From IMG/VR virus record IMGVR_UViG_3300024988_000205, positions 1-37,430 of that record: 37,430 nucleotides of DNA, one strand, 5' to 3'. Below are positions 7,181 to 14,424 of the stretch, one piece after another. This stretch comes from a virus. Taxonomy: Duplodnaviria > Caudoviricetes. Under the pieces are notes generated by a model that had not been told where the DNA came from, made no database searches, and worked only from the letters and a program-made list of their open reading frames with translations. The position numbers and the translations under genes are program-made. Each line of letters begins with the position of its first letter. Within the stretch, counting starts at the first letter, position 1.

Positions 7181-7572
7181 GGCGTCGCCGGTGGGCGGTA
7201 GTTGCTTGAGCCGATCAGCGATGCGCCTTGCTCGGTGGTCGCGCTCGATGTGGACTGGAAGACGCCGTTTGTGTCGAGGCTGAAGGTGACTTCGTTGGTG
7301 CGCACGTCGCTGCCGCCCACCAGGCCGCCGATGAAGGGGATGAAGGTTTCGCCGCGCACCCGGACGTCGACGTGTTGATAGACGATTTCGGTGGTGCCGT
7401 CCGACTTGTTTCTCACCACGTTGGGGCGGCCCAGGGCGGCCTCGATCTCGGCGCGCGTGCTCTTGCCGGGCTGGAAGGCGCGGGCCTGGTCGGGCTTGAC
7501 ATCCATGCCGGCGGACATGCAGCCGGCAAGCACTGTGGCCGCGATGATTGTAGTGGCTAGAGTCGTTTTCAT
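7177..7572 (-). CDS. Lipoprotein, SmpA/BamE-like pattern
   Basis: Lipobox VLAG-C; PGKSTRAEIEAALGRP resembles the SmpA/OmlA motif. Confidence 0.75.
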   Translation of the reverse strand: MKTTLATTIIAATVLAGCMSAGMDVKPDQARAFQPGKSTRAEIEAALGRPNVVRNKSDGTTEIVYQHVDVRVRGETFIPFIGGLVGGSDVRTNEVTFSLDTNGVFQSTSSATTEQGASLIGSSNYRPPATP

Positions 7573-7967
7573 GGCTTTGCTGCCGCCACGGTGCGGTTGA
7601 AGTCCAGCGCCTTCTCGTACTGGTCGGGGATACAGCCAATCCAGTTGTCACACCATACCGTGACCAGCATCCGGTACTTGCCGCCACCCAGTGGCTCTTT
7701 CGTTACCCTGGCTGCAAGATACGGGCTGCTGTCGGCTGGGTTGTAGGTTTCGATCAGGACGTTCGTCGCCGTCTGGATTTTGTAGCGGGCGTTGTGAACC
7801 ACCCATAGCTGAGCGGCTTCCCATTTGACGTTGCAGTCGTCGGCGCCGGCGCAGGTCGGGATCGTCCGGTTGATCTCGTTGAGTACGGCTTGGCGTTGCG
7901 GGTCGGCTGTGGTGGCGCAGCCGCTCAATGTGGCGGCGATCAGCACTGCCGTCAGTGTGTTCTTCAT
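7569..7967 (-). CDS. Lipoprotein of unknown function
   Basis: MKNTLTAVLIAATLSG-C lipobox, four further cysteines, GAGGG RBS. Confidence 0.8.
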   Translation of the reverse strand: MKNTLTAVLIAATLSGCATTADPQRQAVLNEINRTIPTCAGADDCNVKWEAAQLWVVHNARYKIQTATNVLIETYNPADSSPYLAARVTKEPLGGGKYRMLVTVWCDNWIGCIPDQYEKALDFNRTVAAAKP

Positions 7968-8036
7968 GATGTTTCCCTCTCCCCTGTTTATTCGAATTGA
8001 AGCTCCAACTGTACCGCGAACATCAACACTCTGGCG

Positions 8037-8387
8037 CTACGCTGGTTTCTTGGTTTTGGTGCTGAGTTCCTTAAGTGCATCGCCAGCCTGAACGAGCCTT
8101 TGCACGTCGTAATCGGCAAGGTCCTGGCATACCTGCACCAGGTGCTTGATCCTTTCGTCGTGCACGTAAAGGCCGTCAACCATATCGCCCTGCCCCTCTG
8201 CCAGCCACATTGCCCTGACGCCGCATGCCTCGGCGAACTGCGCTGTGAACTCCGAGCCCGTGGCGTCGCTTCTTTCCAGCTTGGAGATGTTCTCCTGCGT
8301 GCACACGTTATTGATCCTATCCGCCAGCTGCTGCTGGGTCAGTTTGGCGTGGACGCGTGCCGTGCGTAAGCGTTCTCCGTATTTCAT
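8037..8387 (-). CDS. cI: CI-like repressor (XRE HTH, 116 aa, no peptidase domain)
   Basis: MKYGERLRTARVHAKLTQQQLADRI...QENISKLER...CGVRAMWLAEGQGDM, divergent from cro. Confidence 0.88.
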   Translation of the reverse strand: MKYGERLRTARVHAKLTQQQLADRINNVCTQENISKLERSDATGSEFTAQFAEACGVRAMWLAEGQGDMVDGLYVHDERIKHLVQVCQDLADYDVQRLVQAGDALKELSTKTKKPA

Positions 8388-8394
8388 GGCTTGG

Positions 8395-8466
8395 AACCTA
8401 TAACCACGGTCATAAACAGTCAAAGAACTGTAGTTGTTGACATCAGTAGAACCTTGGTTATATTCT
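8395..8466. promoter_or_regulatory. pRM/pR divergent promoters with operators OR3/OR2/OR1
   Basis: Operators AACCACGGTC (8402), AACTGTAGTT (8426) and AACCTTGGTT (8450) at 24-bp spacing. pR: TTGACA 8437-8442 with TATTCT 8461-8466. pRM on the minus strand: TTGACT (8418-8423), 17 nt, TAGGTT (8395-8400). Confidence 0.85.
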
Positions 8467-8472
8467 GAGGGC

Positions 8473-8919
8473 ATGAGCATGGAATCTCTCCAACAGGCAG
8501 TCGATTTGGCACACGGCCAGGCGCAACTGGCGCGCGGCATTCGCGAGCGAATCCCCGGGTCGAAAATCAGCCAGCCACATGTGTACAAGTGGCTTAACAG
8601 CCCCAACCCCGATCAAATGCCACCGGCCGACGTGGTGCTTGCGATCGCGGACTTTCTTGAGTACCGGATGACGCCGCACGATCTGCGGCCCGACCTGTAC
8701 CCCAACCCCGGCGATGCTCTGCCGTCCCATATGGCTCCGGTATGCAAGTGCGCTTCGACCTTCGGGGAATTCGGCGAGCCGCGCTCGGGTGTCGAGCGCC
8801 GCGATGGCGACCGCCGCCAAGTGAGCGATCCCGACTTTGGTGATTTCGGCGAGCCGCGCGACGGGGAGCGGCGGGAGGAAGACCGCCGGCGCAGCGACGG
8901 CGATGAGGCCGCCGCGTGA
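8473..8919 (+). CDS. cro: Cro/YdaS-like regulator with repeated charged C-terminal extension
   Basis: GQAQLARGI...ISQPHVYKWL...TPHDLRPDLYPNP is a YdaS/Cro signature. First gene after pR. Confidence 0.85.
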   Translation: MSMESLQQAVDLAHGQAQLARGIRERIPGSKISQPHVYKWLNSPNPDQMPPADVVLAIADFLEYRMTPHDLRPDLYPNPGDALPSHMAPVCKCASTFGEFGEPRSGVERRDGDRRQVSDPDFGDFGEPRDGERREEDRRRSDGDEAAA

Positions 8920-9012
8920 GCAAGCGCGGCTGGTGGGAACGCTTGTTCGGGCGCGGCGATGAAGCCGAGATGTCGCGTGTGCTGTCGATTTCGACGCGCA
9001 AGGCGAATGATC

Positions 9013-9357
9013 TCAGGGCGCTGCGGGACGATCCGAATCCGGCCGCTCCAGCTTCGCGCGTATATCGCTCGACTGAAGAATCGCAGCAGAGAATACGTCG
9101 AGTGCTCGACGCGCTGCGGCCCGAAACTCGTCGTCCGCTTTGTCGAGCTTGCTGTCGATGCTGTCGTATGCGATCACGAGTACGCTGCGGATCATCGGCT
9201 CGGGGGCAGAAATGAGCGGCAGCATGGATAGGCATAGCTGCTCCATGCCGATGAGCAGGGCCGCGCGCTCGTCGCTGGTTTTTTGCGTCTCGATGAGTTC
9301 CGAGGAGAGTGTCCGCACGGCGTTCTCCAGGCGCTTGAGCCGTTCTTCGGTTTCCAT
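9013..9357 (-). CDS. Hypothetical protein, antisense to the pR operon
   Basis: METEERLKRLENAVR..., 114 aa, with GAAAGGAA RBS and TAGAAT -10 at 9396-9401 (minus strand). Confidence 0.65.
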   Translation of the reverse strand: METEERLKRLENAVRTLSSELIETQKTSDERAALLIGMEQLCLSMLPLISAPEPMIRSVLVIAYDSIDSKLDKADDEFRAAARRALDVFSAAILQSSDIRAKLERPDSDRPAAP

Positions 9358-9486
9358 GTCCGTTCCTTTCGGTGTGTGGTTTGGTGAGACTTGCCATTCT
9401 ACCGAGCCTGGAACGGGCGCCTTTTCCGCCCTGGCAGATGGCGGTGCTGTTCGTAATCTGCCGCATGCAGTCCTCCTCCAATCCTT

Positions 9487-9517
9487 CCCCGGCGCTGTCC
9501 TGGCCGGGGCTTTTTTT
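9487..9517 (+). terminator. Intrinsic terminator (tR1-like)
   Basis: CCCCGGC stem, 9-nt loop, GCCGGGG, then CTTTTTTT, upstream of cII. Confidence 0.8.
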
Positions 9518-9579
9518 CGATCAATGGATGCAGGCTACGCAATGGCCCGGCCGGCGTCAGCGTTCACGAGGGAGAGGCA

Positions 9580-10023
9580 ATGAACATCACCGATGCGGCG
9601 TTCGCGACGGTGCACGATTACCCGGGCGGGTCTGAGAGCCTGGGGCCGCGGGTTGGGCTTGATCCGGCGGTGCTGCGGAACAAGGTCAATCCCAAGAACA
9701 CGACGCATCACCTGCGCCTGGATGAGTCGGTGCGCATTCAGGGGGTGTCTGGCGACCACCGCATGTGCCGGGCGATGAATGAGGCGCTGGGCTATCTGCC
9801 GCCGATTCCCCGCATCGATGTGGCGGTGTCGGATGCGGCGCTGCTGGAGACGTACACGCGCTTGATGAGCGAGCTGGGCGACTTTTCCGGCAAGTTCCAC
9901 CAGGCGCTGGCGGACGGCAAGTTGACCTCGCGCGAGATCGATGGGCTGCAGTCCGAAATGCTGGAATTTTTCGCGGCGGGCGAGGAGCTGTTGAACCGTG
10001 CCCGCCAGATTGCGGAGGGTTGA
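9580..10023 (+). CDS. cII: CII-like phage regulatory protein (YmfL-like)
   Basis: VHDYPGGSESLGPRVG...LRNKVNP...HHLRLDE...ALADGKLTSRE, with GGAGAGG RBS. Confidence 0.8.
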   Translation: MNITDAAFATVHDYPGGSESLGPRVGLDPAVLRNKVNPKNTTHHLRLDESVRIQGVSGDHRMCRAMNEALGYLPPIPRIDVAVSDAALLETYTRLMSELGDFSGKFHQALADGKLTSREIDGLQSEMLEFFAAGEELLNRARQIAEG

Positions 10024-10039
10024 CTTGGCGGGCCGCGCG

Positions 10040-10231
10040 ATGAGCCAACCGGAGCGCCAGGCATGGGCGCTTTCGTACGCAATGCGTGCGCGGCCTACGC
10101 CGGAGCTGGCGTCGCGCTATTTCGAAACACTCAAACGAATGCTGGGCGATGACCCGGCAAACAATCAGAACACGGGGCCGGCGACGGCCGAGGGGACGGC
10201 GTGCAGGACAAGACAGATACAGCAGGTCTGA
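10040..10231 (+). CDS. Small hypothetical protein
   Basis: MSQPERQAWALSYAMR..., fills the gap between cII and the primase. Confidence 0.45.
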   Translation: MSQPERQAWALSYAMRARPTPELASRYFETLKRMLGDDPANNQNTGPATAEGTACRTRQIQQV

Positions 10232-12456
10232 ACGCCGTGGCGTTCGATGCGATCCCCCCCACGCTGGCTGCGCGCGCGCAGTGGTTGGTGTGGCGATTCG
10301 AGTCGAAGCCGGGGGATAAGAAGCCGCGCAAGGTGCCGTATTACGTTTCCGGCGCGCGCCGCACGGGTGAGCAGGGTTCGGACGCGGATCGGGCGGCGCT
10401 GGTCGATCTGGCCACGGCGCGGGCGGCGGTCGAGAAGGCTGGCAGTCGTTGGACGGGCGTGGGCTTCGCCTTTCTGCCGGGGGATGGCCTGATCGGGGTG
10501 GACCTCGATGGCATGTTCGATCCGGCGACGGAGCTGATGACGGAGCGCGGCGCGGCGATCATCGCTAACTGCAACAGCTACACGGAGTTCTCGCCGAGCG
10601 GCAAGGGTGTGCACATCATCTGCTCGGGCGAGACGGAGACGTTCAAGTCGAACGAGGTTGGCGTGGAGGTGTTCTGCGGGCGCCAGTTCTTCACGTTTAC
10701 TGGCAAGCGCTATCCGGCCACGCCGGAAGAGGTGAACCCGCTGCCCGAGAAGGTGCTGAAGCGCCTGAAGGCGACGGTTGAGAGCGGCAAGAAGCGCGCG
10801 GCCACCGGCAAGCCATCCACTGCGCCGGCGCCAGCCCTGGAGGGCCGCGCCAAGGTCGAGAGCGCGCTGGCGTTCATTTCGCCGGAGTGCGGCTACGACG
10901 ACTGGATTCACATCGGGATGGCGATCTGCTCGGAGCTGGGCACGGGCGCGGGCGATGTGTTCGATGCCTGGTCGGCGAAGTCGGCGAAGTATCCCGGCAG
11001 CGCCCAGGTGGCGACGCACTGGAAGAGTTTCGAGCCGGGCAAGGGCGTGACGGGGGCGACGATTTTCAAGCTGGCGATGGATGCCGGCTGGTCTCCGCCC
11101 AAGCCGCCGAAAGCATCACGGGCGCGGGCGCAGCCCGGTGGGGGGGGCAAGGCTTCCTCGCTGCCGGACGATATGCCGGACTGGCGCAAGAAACTGCTGT
11201 ACGACAAGGGCGACCTGAAGGCCTGCCTGGCGAACGTGTACGACATCCTGCTCAACGATCCTTCGTGGCAGGGGGTGCTGGCGTTCGACGAATTCGCTCA
11301 GCGCACGGTGAAGCGTGCGCCGCCGCCTTTTGAGGGCGGCATGGCCGGCGAGTGGGACGGCACCGACGATAGCCGCACCGCGATGTGGTTGGCGCGGACG
11401 TATCGCTTCACGCCGTCGTCGATCATGGTGGCGGAGGCGGTGGAGGTGCTGGGGCGCGCGTTTGCGTTCCATCCCGTGCGCGACTGGCTGAAGTCGCTGC
11501 GGTGGGACGGCACGGCGCGCATCGATCACTGGCTGGAAGATTACCTCGGCGTGGCGCGCACCGAATACACGGAGCGGGTGGCGGCGTGGTTTCTGCTCGG
11601 CATGATCGCGCGGGTGATGCGGCCGGGGGTGAAGTTCGATTACTGCCTGGTGTTCGAGGGTATCCAGGGGCGCGGCAAGTCGACCACGCTGTCGATCCTG
11701 GGCGGCGAGTGGTTCGGCGACACCGACATCGATCTGCACAACAAGGATTCGATGGCGGCGCTGCAGGGCAAGTGGCTGTATGAGTTCCCCGAGCTGGGAT
11801 CGCTGGCCCGCACCGAGTCGCTCAAACAGAAGTCGTTTCTGTCGCGCCAGATCGATGAATATCGGCCGGTGTATGGCCGGCGCCAGATCAAGGTGCCACG
11901 GCAGACGGTGTTCTCCGGCTCCACGAACGAATGGGAATGGAACAAGGACCCGACGGGCGGGCGTCGCTTCTGGCCGATCGAGGTCGGCGAGATCGATCTT
12001 TCCGGCTTGGCGAAGGTGCGCGACCAGCTGTTCGCCGAGGCCTTCGTGCGTTACCAGCAGGGTGAGCGGTTCTACCCAACGGGCGAAGAGCAGCGCCTTC
12101 ATTTCGATCCCGAGCAGCTGAAGCGCGAGCAGGGCGAATCGCTGGTCGACGCGCTGCACGACTGGGTATACGAGCAATACAAGCCGTTCTCGGTGGCCAT
12201 GGCGGCCTTCGAGGGGCTGAAGGTCATCGATGCCAGCAAGCTCACCCGCGACATGCAGACGCGCATCGGCATCGCCCTGCGCAAGCTCGGCTGCGGGCGC
12301 GTGGAAAAGCGCAACGGCATGGTGCGCTACTGGTACACGGCACCGAAGAGGGACTCTGATCCAGCGACAAATGAAACGGCACCACCGGCAATGGAAACTG
12401 CGCGCGTAGGTGGTGTGCGACCCGGGGAAGGAGGGCTCGATGCCGCGCCATTCTAG
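10201..12456 (+). CDS. Primase-helicase fusion (AEP primase-like + PriCT-2 + VapE-type P-loop helicase)
   Basis: QWLVWR, GLIGVDLD and EFSPSGKGVH (primase); YDDWIHIGMA...FDAWSAKSAKY (PriCT-2); Walker A EGIQGRGKST and DPTGGRRFWPI (VapE). Confidence 0.9.
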   Translation: MQDKTDTAGLNAVAFDAIPPTLAARAQWLVWRFESKPGDKKPRKVPYYVSGARRTGEQGSDADRAALVDLATARAAVEKAGSRWTGVGFAFLPGDGLIGVDLDGMFDPATELMTERGAAIIANCNSYTEFSPSGKGVHIICSGETETFKSNEVGVEVFCGRQFFTFTGKRYPATPEEVNPLPEKVLKRLKATVESGKKRAATGKPSTAPAPALEGRAKVESALAFISPECGYDDWIHIGMAICSELGTGAGDVFDAWSAKSAKYPGSAQVATHWKSFEPGKGVTGATIFKLAMDAGWSPPKPPKASRARAQPGGGGKASSLPDDMPDWRKKLLYDKGDLKACLANVYDILLNDPSWQGVLAFDEFAQRTVKRAPPPFEGGMAGEWDGTDDSRTAMWLARTYRFTPSSIMVAEAVEVLGRAFAFHPVRDWLKSLRWDGTARIDHWLEDYLGVARTEYTERVAAWFLLGMIARVMRPGVKFDYCLVFEGIQGRGKSTTLSILGGEWFGDTDIDLHNKDSMAALQGKWLYEFPELGSLARTESLKQKSFLSRQIDEYRPVYGRRQIKVPRQTVFSGSTNEWEWNKDPTGGRRFWPIEVGEIDLSGLAKVRDQLFAEAFVRYQQGERFYPTGEEQRLHFDPEQLKREQGESLVDALHDWVYEQYKPFSVAMAAFEGLKVIDASKLTRDMQTRIGIALRKLGCGRVEKRNGMVRYWYTAPKRDSDPATNETAPPAMETARVGGVRPGEGGLDAAPF

Positions 12457-12460
12457 CCCC

Positions 12461-12726
12461 GAGGTTAGGAAGGTTGGGAGCAGGTTAGGAAGCCTGAATC
12501 CCGCATGGATAAAGGAGGTTCCTAACCTTCCTAACCTTCCCAACCTGTTTTGCTTTTCCTTACACGTAGCGCGTGCATGGCACGCACGCACACGTATACG
12601 CGCGTGCGTAACACCCGCTACACACACAACACCTCGTTTCAGGTTAGGAAGGTTAGGAAGGTTAGGAACAAGCCCTGTTTATGCGGCTTCCACCCTTCCT
12701 AACCTGCTCCCAACCTTCCTAACCTC
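12461..12726. repeat. Nested inverted arrays of 9-bp GGTTAGGAA units; probable replication origin
   Basis: Four blocks of three units in alternating orientation (starting near 12461, 12519, 12640 and 12696) flank a purine/pyrimidine-alternating core, directly after the helicase gene. Confidence 0.8.
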
Positions 12727-12744
12727 TGCCGGAAAGGATCTGTG

Positions 12745-12945
12745 ATGCCCGAGAAACTGACCCGAGCCCAGCGCTCAGCCATCAACAAGCGCGCCCTCAC
12801 ACTGGCCAGCCGGCTGCGCGATCAAGCCTATTGGGCCTATCGCATCCGCCTGACCGAGCAGGCCAGGGTCGATCCCGATTCGATCCACGCCGACGATGCC
12901 ACGCCCGGGCCGGACATTTCAGACCTGCTGGAGTTCGACGTATGA
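12745..12945 (+). CDS. Small hypothetical protein
   Basis: MPEKLTRAQRSAINKRAL..., AAAGGA RBS, ATGA-coupled to the next gene. Confidence 0.6.
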   Translation: MPEKLTRAQRSAINKRALTLASRLRDQAYWAYRIRLTEQARVDPDSIHADDATPGPDISDLLEFDV

Positions 12946-13208
12946 CGGTCGAACTGAACACGATGCGGGCGGACTACGTCCTGGTGCGCCGCTGGTGGAA
13001 GGAATCCGAGGGTTGGACCGAAGCCGATCTGGCCGAGGCCGACCGGGGCGTGAAGGCCGCCGTCGACAGCAATGACGCCGAGCGGATCGCGTTGTGGGCG
13101 AACTGGCTGGCCGGGATGGCTGAGGAGATCCGGCGCTTCACCTCAATGGTGCACGCCGCCGAGGATCGCATGCGGGCAGCGGCGTCGGCGGAAAGGCAGG
13201 CGGCATGA
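12942..13208 (+). CDS. Hypothetical protein
   Basis: MTVELNTMRADYVLVRRWW..., ATGA overlaps at both ends. Confidence 0.65.
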   Translation: MTVELNTMRADYVLVRRWWKESEGWTEADLAEADRGVKAAVDSNDAERIALWANWLAGMAEEIRRFTSMVHAAEDRMRAAASAERQAA

Positions 13209-13813
13209 GCACGATCAGCATCCGCAATAACTTCCCCGAGGTGGCGGCCAGGCTGAACCAGCTGGGCACGGACATCGGCAACAAGGCGGTGGTGCGGGCG
13301 CTGAACACGACGATCGATCAGGGCAAGACCCAGATGGCGCGGCAGATCAGCCAGGAGTTCAGGGTGAGCGTGGGCACGGCCAAGGATCGCCTCAAGGTCT
13401 ACAAGGCCTCGGCACGCAACGGTGCGTTCAGGCTTGTGGCCACGCTGGAGGCCACGCGAAAAGACCCGGGCCGATCGATGAACCTGATCGCGTTCGTCAC
13501 CAAGGGCAAGGTCAGCAAGGCGTCTGCCAAGCGCAGCGGGCGCACCGACCTGGCTGGCCAGCTGCAGTTCCAGATCAAGCGTGCCGGCGGTAAGAAGTCC
13601 ATCAAGGGTGCGTTCGTCGGCAACATGGGCCGCACGGTGTTCATCCGCACTGGCAAGGAGCGGCTGCCGATCAAGGCGCTCAACACCATCGACATCGGGC
13701 AGATGTTCAACACCAGGCGCGTCAACAAGGTGGTGAAGCAGGTGATGCTCGACAAGTTCCCCGCTAACTTCCAGCGTGAGCTACGCGCCGTGCTGCAGGG
13801 GTACGCCAGATGA
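13205..13813 (+). CDS. Lambda gpZ-like minor tail / tail completion protein
   Basis: Basic 202-aa protein with VVRALNTT...GAFVG...VFIRTGKERLPIK, resembling the gpZ family. Confidence 0.6.
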   Translation: MSTISIRNNFPEVAARLNQLGTDIGNKAVVRALNTTIDQGKTQMARQISQEFRVSVGTAKDRLKVYKASARNGAFRLVATLEATRKDPGRSMNLIAFVTKGKVSKASAKRSGRTDLAGQLQFQIKRAGGKKSIKGAFVGNMGRTVFIRTGKERLPIKALNTIDIGQMFNTRRVNKVVKQVMLDKFPANFQRELRAVLQGYAR

Positions 13814-13871
13814 TCAGGGCCGTCCAACCAGCATCGAACTTGTCGAGCGAGGGCGGGGCCCCATGTTTCAC

Positions 13872-13923
13872 GGGTCCTTCCCAGCCCCTCCGCACACGGC
13901 GCGAAACGATCGCGGGAATTCGC
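13872..13923 (+). other. cos: Lambda-like cos site (cosQ + cosN)
   Basis: GGGTCCT (identical to lambda cosQ) at 13872-13878, then ACG-[GCGCGAAACGAT]-CGCGGG-AATTCGC, mirroring lambda ACG-[12 nt]-CGCGGG-TTTTCGC, just upstream of the small terminase. Confidence 0.7.
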
Positions 13924-13953
13924 CAGTTTTGTGATGTGCAGGGGGGTGCGTAA

Positions 13954-14424
13954 GTGTCGCGGATTGTAGGGCAGGAGCGGGTTGCGGAGGTGTTCGGGGT
14001 AGCGCCGAAGACGATCGTCGACTGGCAGGAGCAGGGGTTCCCGATCGCGTTCCGTGGCAGCCCCGGGATACCCAGCGAATACGAGTCGGCGGACTGCATC
14101 CGCTGGTATGTCGAGCGCGAGGTGAAGAAGGTTCAGAGCGAGTCGCCGAACGATCGGCTGGCGCGGGTGAAGGCCGACGCGATCGAGATGGACAACGCGG
14201 AGCGGCGCGGCAAGCTGATTCCGGCCGATCTGCTGGAGCCGAAGCTGAAGGCGGCGTTCGTGGCGGCGCGCGAGAAGTGGCTCGACGCGGTGCCGCGGCT
14301 GGCGCGCGAGCTGCCGGAGGATCTGAGCGCGCGCGAGACGATGCTGCAGGGCGAGCTGGAGTCCTTCCTGGTGCGCCTGGCGGACTGGCAGAAGGCGGAC
14401 GAAGACCAGGAGGATGACGAGTAA
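13954..14424 (+). CDS. Terminase small subunit (Nu1-like)
   Basis: wHTH VAEVFGVAPKTIVDWQEQGFP...YESADCIRWY followed by a coiled coil. Confidence 0.9.
   Translation: MSRIVGQERVAEVFGVAPKTIVDWQEQGFPIAFRGSPGIPSEYESADCIRWYVEREVKKVQSESPNDRLARVKADAIEMDNAERRGKLIPADLLEPKLKAAFVAAREKWLDAVPRLARELPEDLSARETMLQGELESFLVRLADWQKADEDQEDDE

Noticed and set aside
8916-9215. Plus-strand 99-aa ORF after cro
   Set aside because: Its start overlaps the cro stop, so it may be real, but it overlaps the better-supported minus-strand ORF by 203 nt and has shadow-like composition. Left uncalled.
12461-12726. Repeat block as CRISPR or telomere-like repeats
   Set aside because: No unique spacers, cas genes or protelomerase; the units are 9 bp and inverted.
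12410-12745. 111-aa ORF with LPNLPNL/LGRLGRLG repeats
   Set aside because: It is simply the translation of the 9-bp DNA repeats; a cis-acting DNA element explains it better.
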